A stretch of 63,979 nucleotides of DNA, the filler included, from Polymyxa betae A26-41 (Eukaryota > Protista > Endomyxa: Phytomyxea), in the NCBI GenBank assembly GCA_003693705.1. It is 5 parts of 5 records of this genome, joined end to end, with 100 filler letters (N's around TTAATTAATTAA, not from the genome) between each part and the next. Parts side by side here need not be neighbours in the genome. Positions count along the whole stretch, not along the records: positions 1 to 10,217 come from RBZT01000835.1; positions 10,318 to 29,920 come from RBZT01000309.1; 3 more parts are not named here. One strand, written 5' to 3'. Position numbers and translations under genes: made by a program. Shown here piece after piece: positions 1 through 12,394 of the stretch (its first letter is position 1; every line of letters starts with the position of its first letter). Below the pieces are notes generated by a model. It was given only the letters and a program-made list of their open reading frames with translations. It was not told where the DNA came from and ran no database searches.

Positions 1-107
1 TGTTTCCCCATACTAAAACTGTCGGTTTAAGATTGCCGCAACTGTAAGAAAATGTAAAAGGAAAGTGAAATAAAGGAAGTACTTGGTAACGAATGGAATG
101 AGAGAAT

Positions 108-535
108 ATGACAATCTTCATGATTGGTGGTGGGCCTATATCGTGGGCGAGTCGAAGACAAGAGTGCGCAGCCCTGTCGACGACGGAGGCCGAGTACATA
201 TCTCTCTGCGCGGCCACCAAGGAGGAGGTGTGGTTGCGTGGCCTCCTAGGTTTTCTGGGCCTCAAGCAGCAGATGGCGACTACAATTAAGCAGGATAACC
301 AATCAACCATAGCTCTGGCGGAGAACGAGTCTCTGTCCAAGAGGTCCAAACACATTGAAGTACGATATCACTACACCCGGGATAAGATTTCTGACGGGGT
401 GATTCTGCTCGAACACTGCCCAACTTCAGAAATGGTCGCGGATGTCCTGACGAAGGCCGTTCCGCTCGAAGTGTTCTCAAGACTGAGGGGCAGGTTTATG
501 TCGACGAAAATGTTCCCCGAGTCATCGGGCGGGAG
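108..535 (+). mobile_element. Ty1/copia retrotransposon 3' end (RNase H), 5'-truncated
   Basis: ORF 108..623 reads GGGPISWASRRQECAALSTTEAEY...QDNQSTI...RSKHIEVRYHY...MVADVLTK, the copia RNase H signature. A purine-rich tract (GGGCGGGAG) directly precedes the LTR. Confidence 0.92.
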
Positions 536-807
536 TGTTAGAGTGGCGCTGACCCTGGGAGCTGCAGCGGGCTGCGCCGGGGGTCCCAGTGACCCTTCAT
601 CGTACTGTGGGGCTGGCTGCTGACAACTGGCCACGTGGGCTGGCAGCCCAACCTGTCCTGCGTCCTGAATATATATAAAACCTCACTTGGTTCTTGTGTC
701 CTAATCCACCTAGATCTCGTTATGACAGCCGCCACCGATCCACCCCAAATCGACCGCAACGCGACAGATCCGCGCCGAAACGCTGGCTCCACGGAATCCA
801 ATTCTCA
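536..807 (+). mobile_element. Copia 3' LTR (TG...CA), abutting and truncating copy 1 of the secreted repeat gene
   Basis: Starts TGTTAGAG after the PPT, contains ATATATAAA and ends TTCTCA. It is homologous to 7847..8130. Homology to gene copy 2 (about 4437 onward) resumes immediately after base 807. Confidence 0.85.
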
Positions 808-1694
808 TGCCTTTCAATAGATCGCGACGAAGCGTCCGGATTGCGGTTAGTTTCCGATACAAACTGGCTATTAATATGAGCTTTTGTAATGTGCTCTTAG
901 ACAGAGCGATCTCCGTGATTTCATGTATGATAATATTGGTGACATTCAGGTCCACTGTTAATGGCTTCTTGACTCTCTTAGTAAAATCCACTACAGCGAG
1001 AAGATTGCTGAGAGAGAGCTTGCTCTTCTTTGGCATTCGGCTCCTTGTCCTGAGAACCATTTAATACAGCAGACTTCTGATAGAATTTGTTTTTACCAGA
1101 AACTGACATAGACTATCATAGTCTGTAATATCAGCAATATTATGATTCAGAAGAAAGTCCAGATTCGATCGCGGAAATGAAGCTGTTAATTGTTGCTCTT
1201 CAGGTAGTGTAGCGGTTGATGTGTGAATAGAACCCCCTAATAACAGATTCTCATTGCAGAAATCCTGAAAATAAATCTCAGTCATGAAGTGGGCAACGAG
1301 CTGCATCACATCATACAGAGGAATTTGATAACGTCTCATATGGCTCCTGAGCAGTATAATTTAGCCTGAGATATTCGCAGGATACAGCCCGTCTTACATT
1401 CAAATCGAAATCGTGAGGGAAAGAACTTCGTCTTTCAACGCCGATCTGGTCCAGGAAATTCCGGGCCTGATTGTTATGGAAAAGAGGCTGAATATCGGTA
1501 TCTTGAGCTGGTCGGTCGCTCAAAAACTATCCATTTCCCATTAATGACGAATCGACGACTTGGAGCTGATACAGAACGAGCGAGACTACATCGGCTGGCT
1601 GCTCCATCGGACATGTGATAAAATGCCCCATAAATGTCTCATTGGTAGCGTCGCATATCAGCAGTATCACGAGGAAGATGAAGGAAGAAAGCAT
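808..1694 (-). pseudogene. Secreted Cys-repeat protein family, copy 1 (3'-truncated by copia)
   Basis: ATG at 1694 gives MLSSFIFLVILLICDATNE (signal-peptide-like). Later exons give ITDYDSLCQFL and TLQKLILIASLYRK. Colinear with 4437..5340. Confidence 0.75.
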
Positions 1695-1838
1695 CTTGTG
1701 CATGACGACGAGTTTGACGAATCAATGACTCGATGAAGACCGGGGCGGCGTTTGCGCAAATATCAGTGAGAGACTTTGCGCTGATTCTGCCGATTTTGTA
1801 GTAACAGAACTCTGAGGGTGGACGAAGCAGGCAATTAT

Positions 1839-3036
1839 GGGCAAATCTTTCTGTTTGTCGACAGATAAGACGGGCAATTCAGCCTGTCCATGATTTTGCT
1901 GTTGTTTTGGCCCCTAGCAAAAGCAGCAGAAAGCGTGGCAGACCCCATTACGATGCGTCATTGCTCCTCCTGACCATATTTTTTTTATGTAGAATCAAGC
2001 GACGGACATAGAAGCGGCAGGAAGTGCCAGGAACATAGAGAGGTTGGAAAGTGGCAATGGATGAAAAGCGTCCTGCAATACCTCTCATTACCAGTAGTTG
2101 ATCACAGAAAGTGTTAAATACATAATCCACATCAGAAATAATCAGTGCTCGATGTTAAAATTTGGCGATATACAGTCCTCCCTCTCTATAACAACACTTT
2201 ATAACGACATCTCCATAGCAGCCCGAACATGTTGCAGGCCTACCTCTCTATAATGACACTCTTTATACCGACATCTCCAGAGAAGCCCGATAATGTTACC
2301 TTGAACGGATATTGTTCTATGGATTCTCTACAACCACATTGATGACATGGCGGCGCGGCCCCTCTCTGTCAGATGAGATTATTATGGGGCTCTTTGATTG
2401 TCATCTCGATCCTTAACAATACAAACTTGGTTTTCTACCTTTGCCTCATCACTCATAGACTATCAAGCTGTGGAAGGGTTAGCTTGCGTCTGGCGCTCAG
2501 ACCCGATATCAACTGGTCACTTCCACTTCGAGAAAGTGAGTCGTTCGGGATAGCCGAGAAACAGATTTGCCGAGTGTACAATGATAACATTACAGAGAAA
2601 AACTAGAATCGATGAGCTGGGTTCTGAGAGATTGGGTTATTGGGTCTGCCGCTCGACTATATTTCTAGCAGTCTAATCAAGTAAGCAAAGTGACGCTAAC
2701 GGCGACAAATCGAAGCGCATCGAAATTTGCTAAGCACTTTTAGGGATAACCCCCCAAGAACTGCCAGAAGAACTTCTTGAAGTCTCTAAAGCATTACTTT
2801 TGTATCCATTCGAGAAATGAACCTTAAAGATCACGATTCCTGTAATTGTTGCGAATTAATATTTACAAATGGTCCATAGCCCGTTAGGAACCCCATATAT
2901 TTTTATAACGAACAGTGTCGTCATAAAGACAGAGTCTTTGTAGAGAGCCAAGACTGCAGATCGACTGCTAATGACGGGCAGCATCTGCCGACAGCAGCAG
3001 CCCTTCTTATCTGCCGACAGACAGGAAGATTTGCCC
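1839..3036. mobile_element. Non-autonomous Mutator-like TIR element with 9-bp TSD
   Basis: TIRs GGGCAAATCTTTCTGTTTGTCGACAGATAAG / CTTATCTGCCGACAGACAGGAAGATTTGCCC. Flanks are GGCAATTAT (1830-1838) and GGGAATTAT (3037-3045). The paralogous empty site near 8470 has a single GACAATTAT. Confidence 0.8.
2171..2958. mobile_element. pogo/Tc1-type MITE nested in the MULE-like element
   Basis: Left end TACAGTCCTCCCTCTCTATAACAACAC with internal ATAACGACATCTCCA repeats. Degenerate inverted match at about 2915-2958. The left part recurs at about 5852-6097. Confidence 0.55.
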
Positions 3037-3163
3037 GGGAATTATGATTCTAGCGTTGTCAGCAGCAAGTGCGGTGATAACAATAAAAGCGTTTATGTAA
3101 ATAACAGCGTTTCAATGATGTAAAAAATGAGATACTGACAGTGTTATCAGACTTGTGTGATGA

Positions 3164-5340
3164 TTAGTTCATTTCTGGGATTTCAGCCGTCATTTGACAT
3201 AGAGCTGGACATTGTTCTGACAATCCAGAACAATATTTCCATCGGAATTGATCGTGGTCGATTTGATCTCCGAAAGTCTTGATAAAAAGCTCCACATCGT
3301 TATTACAATGATATTGAAGGCAGTTCAATATGGGATCCACAATATCAGTTATAAAAGCGAGTAAACTGGGGCACCATTTCAACTTTTGTTGCTGAACTTT
3401 ATCTGACAGGACTCGAATACAGTGAAGAAAAGACCTCTGAGAGATAATTAAAATGGAACAAAACCATTCCGAGTTATATCATACTGTTTGAAAACCTTTG
3501 ATTTGATATCTAAGTAAACAATCATAGAGATTGTGGTGAACAGAATTTCGAACAATTCGGATAGCACCAAGGCCATTGGTCTCTGCAATCTGCTTTTCAA
3601 ATCGACAAAGTGAACCTTCATTGATGTTGTTGGAACATTTTTGATGAAATCTGGAATGAGGAAATGGGTTTCCCCATCGAGACTGAAAAGTTTTCAGATC
3701 TTTCTGGCAGCAGAAAGTGAGACAGCATAAAATCGGGACACACAGAGCCTCCCAGGTACATCCATTAGTAGTCCATCCGTTCTCGCGAGCCCATACAAAC
3801 TTCTTGTAAAGGCGGCAAATTAGAATGAGCTTCTGCAAAGTATTCGTAGCTTGAGAAATTTCGATGGTTTCGGTCAGCTGATGCTCGGCACCATTAACAA
3901 TGATAATCAACGAATTTTTAAAACCAGAAACAGATTCATCTTTAGGTATGCAAAAACGGAGGTCTGTGAGGAACGCGCGTTCTTCTGCATCAGGCATTTT
4001 GTTCTGCAGAGAATTTAATAAGCACAAAGAGAGCGAATACGGAACCTACCAGAAAGGAGCAGAGGCTGTCGTAGTCCGTGATATCGTCTATATCGAAGTT
4101 CAGTACCCTCTGCAAATATTGTTTTCGTTTTCGGCCTGTTTCAAAATGCAGCAATCGGCGGCGTTTCCGGGATTCTGTATCCGTGAGAGCAACATTCGTA
4201 TCAGTTTCTGTAGATGTAGCAGGACGCTTTAGATGAAGCAGAGATTTTAGAGGAGAGCGAATCTGGATCTGATCATATCCACATTGATCTCCGGAGCATC
4301 TCATACTGAATCGAGAATGTGAGAACGGATTCCCCCAACGGGACTGGAATATCTCGAGATCTTTCGAGCAGCAATGTATGAGACAGCGAAATACTGGAAC
4401 ACAGACACCATTCCTCCACTCCGCCATAGATCGATTGCCTTTCAAAATATCGCGACGAAGCGTCCGGATTGCGAGTAGTTTCCGATACAGACTGGCTATT
4501 AATATGAGCTTGTGTAAAGTGCTCTTAGAGAGCGCGATCTCCGTGATTTCATGTATGATAATATTGGTGCCATTCAGATCCACTGTTAATGGCTTCTTGA
4601 CTCTCTTAAAAAAATCCCCTCTACAACCGGACAATTGCTGAGAGAGAGCTTGCTCTTCTTTGTCATTCGGTTCTTTGTCCTGAGGAATTATTTTAGAACA
4701 GCAGCCTACTGATAAATAAAAAGATGTTGTTACCAAAAACTGACATAGACTATCATAGTCTGTAATATCAGCAATATTATGATTCAGAAGAGCGTCCAGA
4801 TTCGATCGCGGAAATGATTCTGTTAATTGTTGCTCTGCAGGACGTGGAGCAGTTGATGTGTGAATAGAACCCCCTAAAGACAGATTTTCGTTGCAGAAAT
4901 CCTGAAAAGAAAATTTCAGTCAAGAAATGGGCAACATGCTGCATCACATCATACAGAGGAATTTGATAACGTCTCATATGGCTCCTGAACAAAATAATTT
5001 AGCCTGAGATATTCGCAGGACACAGCCCTCTTACATTCAAATCGAAAGCGTGAGGGGAAGAACTTCGTCTTTCAAAGCCGATTTGGTCCAGGAAATTTCT
5101 GACCTGATTGTGATGGAAAAGAGGCTGATTATCGGACTCTTGAGCTAGTCGGATATCACTTTCACTCAAAATCTATCCATTTCCCATTATTGACGAATCG
5201 ACGACTTTTTGCTGGTACAGAACGGACAAGCTTACCTCGGCTTGCTGCTCCATCGGACTATTGATGGATTGCCCCAAAAAGGTCTCATTGGTAGCGTCGC
5301 ATATCAACAGTATCACGAGGAAGATGCAGGAAGAAAGCAT
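3164..5340 (-). CDS. Secreted multi-exon protein with three Cys-rich repeat domains (copy 2, most complete)
   Basis: Exon 1 reads MLSSCIFLVILLICDATNETFLGQSINSPMEQQAE|gtaag, followed by short introns. ORFs 3990..4736, 3479..4027 and 3164..3382 each carry a P[IV]xxCLxx[CH]CxxD...[WF]G..[FI]xH..F...CS unit. Exon boundaries are approximate and intactness is not confirmed. Confidence 0.75.
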
Positions 5341-6097
5341 CTTGTGCACGACGACGATTTTGACGAGTCAAGGACTCGATGAAGGCCGTGGCGGCGTATT
5401 GCGCAAATATCAGTGAGAGACTTTACGCTGATTCTGCTGATTTTGCAGTAAAAGAAATCTGAAGGTGGACGAAGCAGGCCATTTTTGGCAAATCTTTCTG
5501 TTTGTCGACAGATAAGACGGGCGATTCAGCCTGTCCATGATTTGGCTGTTGTTTTGGCCATTAACAAAAACCAGTAGAAAGCGTGGCAGGCCACATTACG
5601 ATGACAGAATCCGATCTGCTCTTGCGAATTTCCTAATGCAAGAAACGCCGGCCGTCATTGTTCCGCTTGACTATAATTTAATGTAGAGTCAAGCGACGGA
5701 CATAGAAGCAGCAGGAAGTGCCCGAACAAAGAGAGATTAAAAGCGACAGTCGCTGGAAAGCCTCCTGAAATACCTCTCATTAGTTGATCACAGAGAATGT
5801 TACAGAAACCACATTGTTACTAGTCAGTGCAAAATGTTAACATTTGCCTATATACATTCCTCCCTCTCTATAACAACACACCTTATAACGACATCTCCAT
5901 AGAAGCCCGATAATGTTACTATGTACGGATATTGTTCTATGGATTCTCTATAACCACATCAATGACATGGCGGCGCGGCCCATCTCTGTCAGATGAGATT
6001 CTTATGGGGCTCTTTGATTCTCATCTCGATCCTTAACAATACAAAACTGGTTTTCTACATTTGTCTCATCCCTCATAGACTCTCAAGCTGTGGAAGG
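4437..6097. repeat. Tandem segmental duplicate of 808..2478 (gene 5' half, upstream region, left part of MULE and MITE)
   Basis: Colinear high similarity by eye over about 1.65 kb. Confidence 0.85.
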
Positions 6098-7138
6098 TGG
6101 AAAATCGAGACTGCAATTCATTACAGTCGTGACGGAATTTTTTGGCTGTTTCTTTTACTTTTTACCTTTTATTTATTGTACTACTTTACAGACCCTTTAT
6201 AGCTTTAAACTTCTCCATGTTATTTTCCGACTCAATTTTTATCGTTCTTGGTATGTGAACTGGCCCGATTATGTCCTGTTCGGACTCTTTGAGAAGAACA
6301 GTATTTGCAGTCTCAGCGGTTTTCAGAATCCTCGACCTTGCATTCATTGAGTTGTGCCTTTACGACCAGATCTGTGGGTCATGATCGATTTCGTGGCCGG
6401 TTGTTGCACCTTTCTTGCAAGGTCATCTGATTGGTCCCATTCTTGGATTTCGTTCGAGTGACTCGGGATAAAATGCCGCTCTACAGTAAAGTCTCGCTGG
6501 AGCTCAGCAAGTTTGTTGGTGATTCATTCATAGTTGAGCGCAATTCACAAGGGTCTAATCTCTCAGCAAAAATTGTATTTAAAACCCTAACCGCAAGAAA
6601 ACTCCTGGAAACCAGTCGACTATTTCAACGAGTGCAAAATATAAACGATGATTCTGGTTTAAGAGAGATTCCGTGAAATGTGTTGTTTGAGCAGCATTAA
6701 CAGCAGATAGAGCAGGATATTGTCCAGTATGTCCAGGACAGTATTTCAGTTGAAATTGATAATGATCTATATGACCTCCAAATATATGCGAGAAAGAATT
6801 TTCAGTATCGGAATAAAAACTCCGTTATACATTGCTGTAAATGAATTCGTCATAAGCTTTATAAAAACCTTTAAAGCCATTAAAACGGTCTTATGACCCC
6901 GGATCTCAATTTCGGAGAGTGATCTGTGATTTCAAATGCTTTATAACGAGGTCAAAATTGGACGTCGCATCCAATTCTCGGAGGAACCCTTAGGTCGAAT
7001 TTGGCGCTGAATGAGGTTGAACAGGATTTGAAGACAGAACTTGAGGAAAAGGATTTGTTGATGAGCGATGACCACTTTATTGATTTTTATAATCCGAATA
7101 ACCATATTTATGGTATTTATGCCCTTTAGAAATTTTCA

Positions 7139-7246
7139 AAGGGTTGCGCCTGACTCTTCGTTGGAGTGAAAGTTTAAAGGGTTGCGCCTGATTCTTCGTT
7201 GCAGTGAAATTTTTAAGGGTTGAGCCGTATTCTTCGTTACAGTGTG
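7139..7246. repeat. 38-bp minisatellite, about 3 copies
   Basis: AAGGGTTGCGCCTGA(C/T)TCTTCGTTG(G/C)AGTGAAA... repeated head-to-tail with no spacers. Confidence 0.8.
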
Positions 7247-7846
7247 ATAACGTGGGTGGCGCCTCCTTATCATTGACATTACATAGATAGAGACACTCCT
7301 CTGTTTGCACTCCATATTGGCATCATTAACATACACATGGCATGGCGAGCACTGCTGCCGAACGTAGACACGGATGGCGACCAGAGCATCGAGAGGCTTT
7401 TCGACAATACATGTTCCAGAATGACGATTTGAAGGCGCTGACAGGCGGTGTTGTGAAATCGAATTGTCAGATCTTGGCAAATATTGATACGAACTTTTTA
7501 GGCGGACGTGTTCACTCGATCAGAGAGAACCTTTTTAAGGTTAATGTAATTTAAAATCGTATTTATGGCTTCTTTGAATGCAGTTTATAGAAAAGGGTTC
7601 GAATATCGCATCGGTTTTGATCATGGAGCAAGGAGCTCCTGAATGCGACAACAATCAAATGTCCAGAAAAGGGCAAGGTCATCATTACACTATACAGCTG
7701 GGTAAGCCTGTTGCAATTAACCCTGTCAAGCGAGCAATTAAGGGGCCCAATGAAGAAACTGCTCGAACCGAAATTTTACTCACAGTTCGAAAACGATAAT
7801 GCTGACTAAATGGAATCACTGTGATTTGGTATCTGTATGTAGTTGC

Positions 7847-8130
7847 TGTTAGAGTGGCGCTGACCCTGGGAACTGCAGCGGGCTGCGCCGGGGGTCCCAG
7901 TGACCATTCATCGTACTGTGAGGCTGGCTGCTGACAACTGGCCACGTGGGCCTGCAGCCCAACCTATCCTGCGTCCTGAATATATATACAATTTCACTTG
8001 GCTACTTTATCCTAATCGTTTGTATCGCGATCGTAGACAGCATGAGCGACAACGAAGCGAACAACACGGGAGCGGATCAGCGATCCGGTTCGAACCACGG
8101 CTACACGCAATCTACAACATCACCTTCTCA
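7847..8130 (+). mobile_element. Solo copia LTR with near-perfect 5-bp TSD
   Basis: TGTTAGAGTGGCGC...TTCTCA, homologous to 536..807. Flanked by GTTGC and GTTTC. Confidence 0.85.
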
Positions 8131-8189
8131 GTTTCAATAAAAGTGTACAACTTTTTGAAATGTTACTGTGTAATGGAAATTTCACTTTT

Positions 8190-8334
8190 CTCGCGACATC
8201 CGTTGAACTTTCCTCACCTTCCTGGTACAGAACGATCGAGCTTAGCTCGGCTGGCTGCTCCATCGGACTATTGTTAAATTGCGCCACAAAGGTCTCATTC
8301 GTAGCGTCGCATATCAGCAGTAGGAAGAAAGCAT
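8190..8334 (-). pseudogene. Secreted Cys-repeat family, copy 3 (exon 1 remnant only)
   Basis: Matches the exon 1 and first-intron region of copies 1 and 2, with a deletion in the signal-peptide region. Confidence 0.65.
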
Positions 8335-8599
8335 CTTGTTCATGACTGACGAGTTTGACGAGTCAATCACACGATGAACTCCCGGCCCCGTATTGAGCAG
8401 AAATCAGTGAGAGACTTTCCGCTGACTCTGTCGATTTTGTAGTAACAGAACACTGAAGTAAGACGAAGTAGACAATTATATTTTTTGCGTTGTCAGCAGC
8501 AAGTGCGGTGATAACATCAATAAAAGCGTTTATGTAAATAACAGCATTTCAAAGATGCAAAGAAATTGACCTGACAGTGCTATCAGACTTATGTGAAGA

Positions 8600-9968
8600 T
8601 TAGTTCATTTCTGGGAGTTCAACCGTCATTTGACATAGAGCTGGACATTGTTCTGACAATCCAGAACAATATTTCCATCGGAATTGATCGTGGTCGATTT
8701 GATCTCCAACAATCTTGGTAAAAAGCTCCACATCGTTATTACAATGATATTGAAGGCAGTTCAATATGGGATTCACAATATCAGTCATATAAGCGAGAAA
8801 ACCGGAGCACCATTTTAACTTCAAAATCCAACAAAACCAATCCGAGTTATATCATACTGTTTGAAAACCTTTGATTTGATATCTAAGTAAACAATCATAG
8901 AGATTGTGGTGAACAGAATCTCGAACAATTAGAATACCACCAAAGCCATCGGTCTCTGCAATCTGCTTTTCAAATCCACAAAGTGACCATTCAGTGATGT
9001 GGGAACATTTCTCAAAAAATCTGGAATGTGGAAATGGGCTTCCCCATCGAGATTGAAAAGTTCTCAGATCTTTCTGGCAGCAGATAGTGAGACAGCAAAA
9101 AATCGGGACACAGAGAGACTCCCAGTTCCATCCATTACCAACCCATCCGTTCTCGCGAGCCCATATAAACTTCTTGTATAAGCGGCAAATTAGAATGAGC
9201 TTCTGCAAAGTATTCGTAGCTTGACAAATTTCACTGGTTTCTGTCAACTGATGATCGACACCATTAACATTGATAATCAACGAATTGCTGGAACCAGGAA
9301 TAGCTTCATATTTCGATATGCAAAAACGGGGGTCATTGAGGAACGCGAATTCTGCTGCATCAGGCTGTTTGTTCTACAGAGAATTTGAAAAGCACAGATG
9401 AGAGCGTATCCGAAACCTACCAGAAAGAAGCAGAGGCTGTCGTAGTCCGTGATATCATTTATATCGAAGTTCAGTACCCTCTGCAAATATTATTTTCGTT
9501 TTCGGCCATTTTCAAACCAGACTCGGCGGCGTTTCCGGGATTCTTTATCCGTGAGAGCAACATTCGCATCAGTTTCTGTAGATGTAACAGGACGCTTTAG
9601 AGGAAGCAGAGATTTTAGAGGAGAGCGATTCTGGGTCTGATTATATCCACACTGATCTCCGCAGCATCTCAATTTGAATCGAGAATGTGAGAACGGATTC
9701 CCCCAACGGGACTGGAACATCTCGAGATCTTTCGAGCAGCAATGTATGAGACAGCGTAATACTGGAACACAGACAGCATTCCTCCACTCCGCCATAGATC
9801 GATTGCCTTTCAAAATATCGCAACGAACGGTTCGGATCGTGAAATGTTTCCGATACAGACTGGCTATTAATATGAGCTTGTGTAATGTGCTCTTAGACAG
9901 AGCGATCTCCGTGACTTCATGTATGATAATATTGGTGCCATTCAGATCCACTGTTAATGGCATCTTGA
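8600..9968 (-). pseudogene. Secreted Cys-repeat family, copy 4 (5' part cut by an LTR insertion)
   Basis: ORFs 9490..9963, 8852..9280 and 8600..8824 are paralogous to copy 2. Homology stops exactly at the LTR boundary 9968/9969. Confidence 0.8.
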
Positions 9969-10213
9969 TGTAACGTATTTCAGCTGGGGCTGGTAGGTTT
10001 TTAGCTGGAACACGAATTCCACTAGGAAAGTTGGTGAAATCGAATTGGTAGTAATAAATCCGATTTTATTATGAATAAACACAGCACACACATTCTCGCT
10101 ACGAACGCCGTGGATGTCGTGCCTCAGCCTCGTTGATGGTCAGGTCGTACTGGACCGGACTGGGAGTCACGACAGCAGCCAGTCAGAAAAGAGGTACGCC
10201 TCACTCCCCCCCT
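9969..10213 (-). mobile_element. 3' LTR plus polypurine tract of an LTR retrotransposon
   Basis: On the minus strand: AGGGGGGGAG (PPT), then TGAGG...GTTACA (10203..9969). Abuts the broken gene copy 4. Confidence 0.7.
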
Positions 10214-10217
10214 AGTC

Positions 10218-10317
10218 NNNNNNNNNNNNNNNNNNNNNNNNNNNNNNNNNNNNNNNNNNNNTTAATTAATTAANNNNNNNNNNNNNNNNNNNNNNNNNNN
10301 NNNNNNNNNNNNNNNNN
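10218..10317. other. Assembly gap spacer (N44-TTAATTAATTAA-N44)
   Basis: Identical 100-bp spacer occurs four times and has stops in all six frames. Confidence 0.97.
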
Positions 10318-11846
10318 GGTCGGCTGGGCGGCTGCGAGTATTGTCATGCTCAATGGGCATGACACAACAAAAATCCGCAAAGATTGGGTTTTAAACTCGA
10401 TTGGGTTCAGCTTTCTTCCGTCGATGATTTCAACAGGAATTTTAGAACGGGTTGGTAACATGCGTATATTGATCGACTTGGTATAATTGATATCTATAAA
10501 GATAGCAGAAGCTCCAGAATCAATTAAGGTCCTTGTTTGAAAGTTATTGTCCGCGAACGAGATCGTGACCCCTAGGACAATAGGATGTTCAAAATGATTC
10601 GAAAATGTCAACTTTTGGGCATTCGAGACGTAAAGGGCGAAATCCTCGGGTTTATTGCGTTGCTTGTACTCCTGGTTCGCGCGCAAAATCGGGAAGTTCA
10701 GAGCGATATGGCCTTCGTTTCCACAATAATGCAAAGTCCGAGTCGGAGACGGCGTGCGCGTTCTTGTTCCGAGAGTCGGTCTCGGTGGGATGTTTTGCTA
10801 CCGGTAGCGGCGTCGATCACCATAGCATCACTGGAATTTAAAGGGTTGGTAGGCGGTGCGGTGGTTGGGATGCGGACTTGCGGTCCAGTACGACCGGGAG
10901 CGCTCCATGAGCCGCTGATCGGCATGGTTTGCTGTAGTGATCTGCTCCTGCAAGGTGTCCCTAGCTGGAATAGCTAACAACAGGTCTTGGACATCGGGGT
11001 TGAGGCCCTGTCGCATATGCTGAAGCCGCCACGAGGCGTGTTGAGGCCGAAGTGGGTCACCGAGCAGGTTCTTCATTGCCGAAATACCAGACTCAAAATC
11101 ATCAGAAGCGTGTCATCATGCTCAAACAGTGGTGAAAACCAGTCCAAAGCGGGACCGGATAGTAGACTGCCGACGAATAGAACACGTTGACGGTCACTGG
11201 TGTAGGTTCTTGGCTGTTGTTGGATTACCAAACGGACCTGGTTAATAAATCCTCGTAATCGGTTTCGAGATCCATCTAACGGCGTTGGATTTTGGACGCG
11301 AGGTTCCACAGAATTAGACGGGAGAATGACAGGAGCGGATAATTGCGGTAGACGTTCTAATTGATGTAGTCTTGCAAGTAAATCTTGATTCTGCTGAAGA
11401 AGAGCCTGGATCTGAAGTTGTTGTTGTTCGGGGACTTCCGGAATGCGGTTAGACTCCATGTGTAACAATGTTCAACTTGTCGAAGTGAAAAGAAACCAGT
11501 CTTGACACAACTTTGACAGTGTTTGGCTGGGATTCCGATTTCACTGTTAGGGTCTGGTCCAGTATGATACGGTTGGTGTCGAATGTCAGGGCAGACACTA
11601 TCGGAGAGTCAGAGGCAGGAGACGAAGCGATGTCAGTGATGTTGTTTATGAAAGGAGATTATCGGAATGAAGGGATTCTGGCCTGGAGAGGCCTTTATAT
11701 ACTTGCTGGGAGGTTCTAAGAATGTTCCAGCTTCTAGTAGGAAAGTCCGTGGAAAGTCCGTGGGCTAGTTAACCTGATTCTCAGAATCAATACTGTGGAA
11801 GCAGGAAAGTCTTCCAACTGGAAAATGCGTTACGCATTAAATGACA
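10318..11846 (-). mobile_element. Ty3/gypsy 5' part: LTR, gag, zinc knuckle, aspartic protease (frameshifted)
   Basis: Gag: EPRVQNPTPLDGSRNRLRGFINQV...LLSGPALDWF. Knuckle remnant: HYCGNEGHIALN. Protease: TLIDSGASAIFID. Putative LTR about 11631..11846 with TGTCA/TGACA ends and a TATA box. Confidence 0.88.
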
Positions 11847-11910
11847 CGGCAGTTTCGCAACACTTTTTGCGATCGTTTTTCCGTACGCAGTATTCAATGG
11901 AATTATTGAT

Positions 11911-11966
11911 ACTCTCTCATAACTGATGGGGACCACTTCTCGCGACCATATCAGTTATGAGAGAGT
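11911..11966. repeat. Perfect 17-bp inverted repeat (probable minimal MITE remnant)
   Basis: ACTCTCTCATAACTGAT, 22-bp spacer, ATCAGTTATGAGAGAGT; TA dinucleotides lie at or next to both ends. Confidence 0.7.
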
Positions 11967-12394
11967 GTACGGTATTATGTCACTATTGGAAGGTCGTTAG
12001 CTGGCACTGTCTGCGAAACCCTAGTTTGCAGTATTCATATTTCGCTCTAGTCAAACTCCGTAGAAGTTTGGGTGACGCCGTCGATCAGTTTCGATGTTTT
12101 CCATATCCACGCACTTTGTGATACATTAGTGGTAAAAAATTGACCCGAGGCCAATAGGACCCTCTGTGGCGCGGCCCGTGACGGTCCCCGTCCTGCCAAT
12201 GGTTTCTGACTGGCGCCGGACGCCAAGTCCTTATGGCTAGACAGGGGTCAAGTCCAGCTGACGACTGGCCATGATGCGGATGCGATTTAACTCGGCTGGG
12301 ACCCTGTCCAGACCACGACTGGCGCCCTGTCAAAAATTAGAAACCTTTTTTCTTTAGCAACTTGTCTGAACGAATGGCGAATATAAGTTTTTTT

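Noticed and set aside
7139-7246. 38-bp repeats as a CRISPR array
   Set aside because: No unique spacers, no cas genes, eukaryotic context.
6100-7840. Short ORFs between gene copies 2 and 3
   Set aside because: Probably decayed TE sequence; no motif I can identify.
10262-10273. Palindromic TTAATTAATTAA repeated four times in the window
   Set aside because: Always centred in N-runs; an artificial contig linker. Adjacency across these gaps cannot be trusted.
9969-11846. One full-length gypsy element spanning the gap
   Set aside because: The LTR at 9969..10203 does not resemble the putative LTR at about 11631..11846; these are two different elements.
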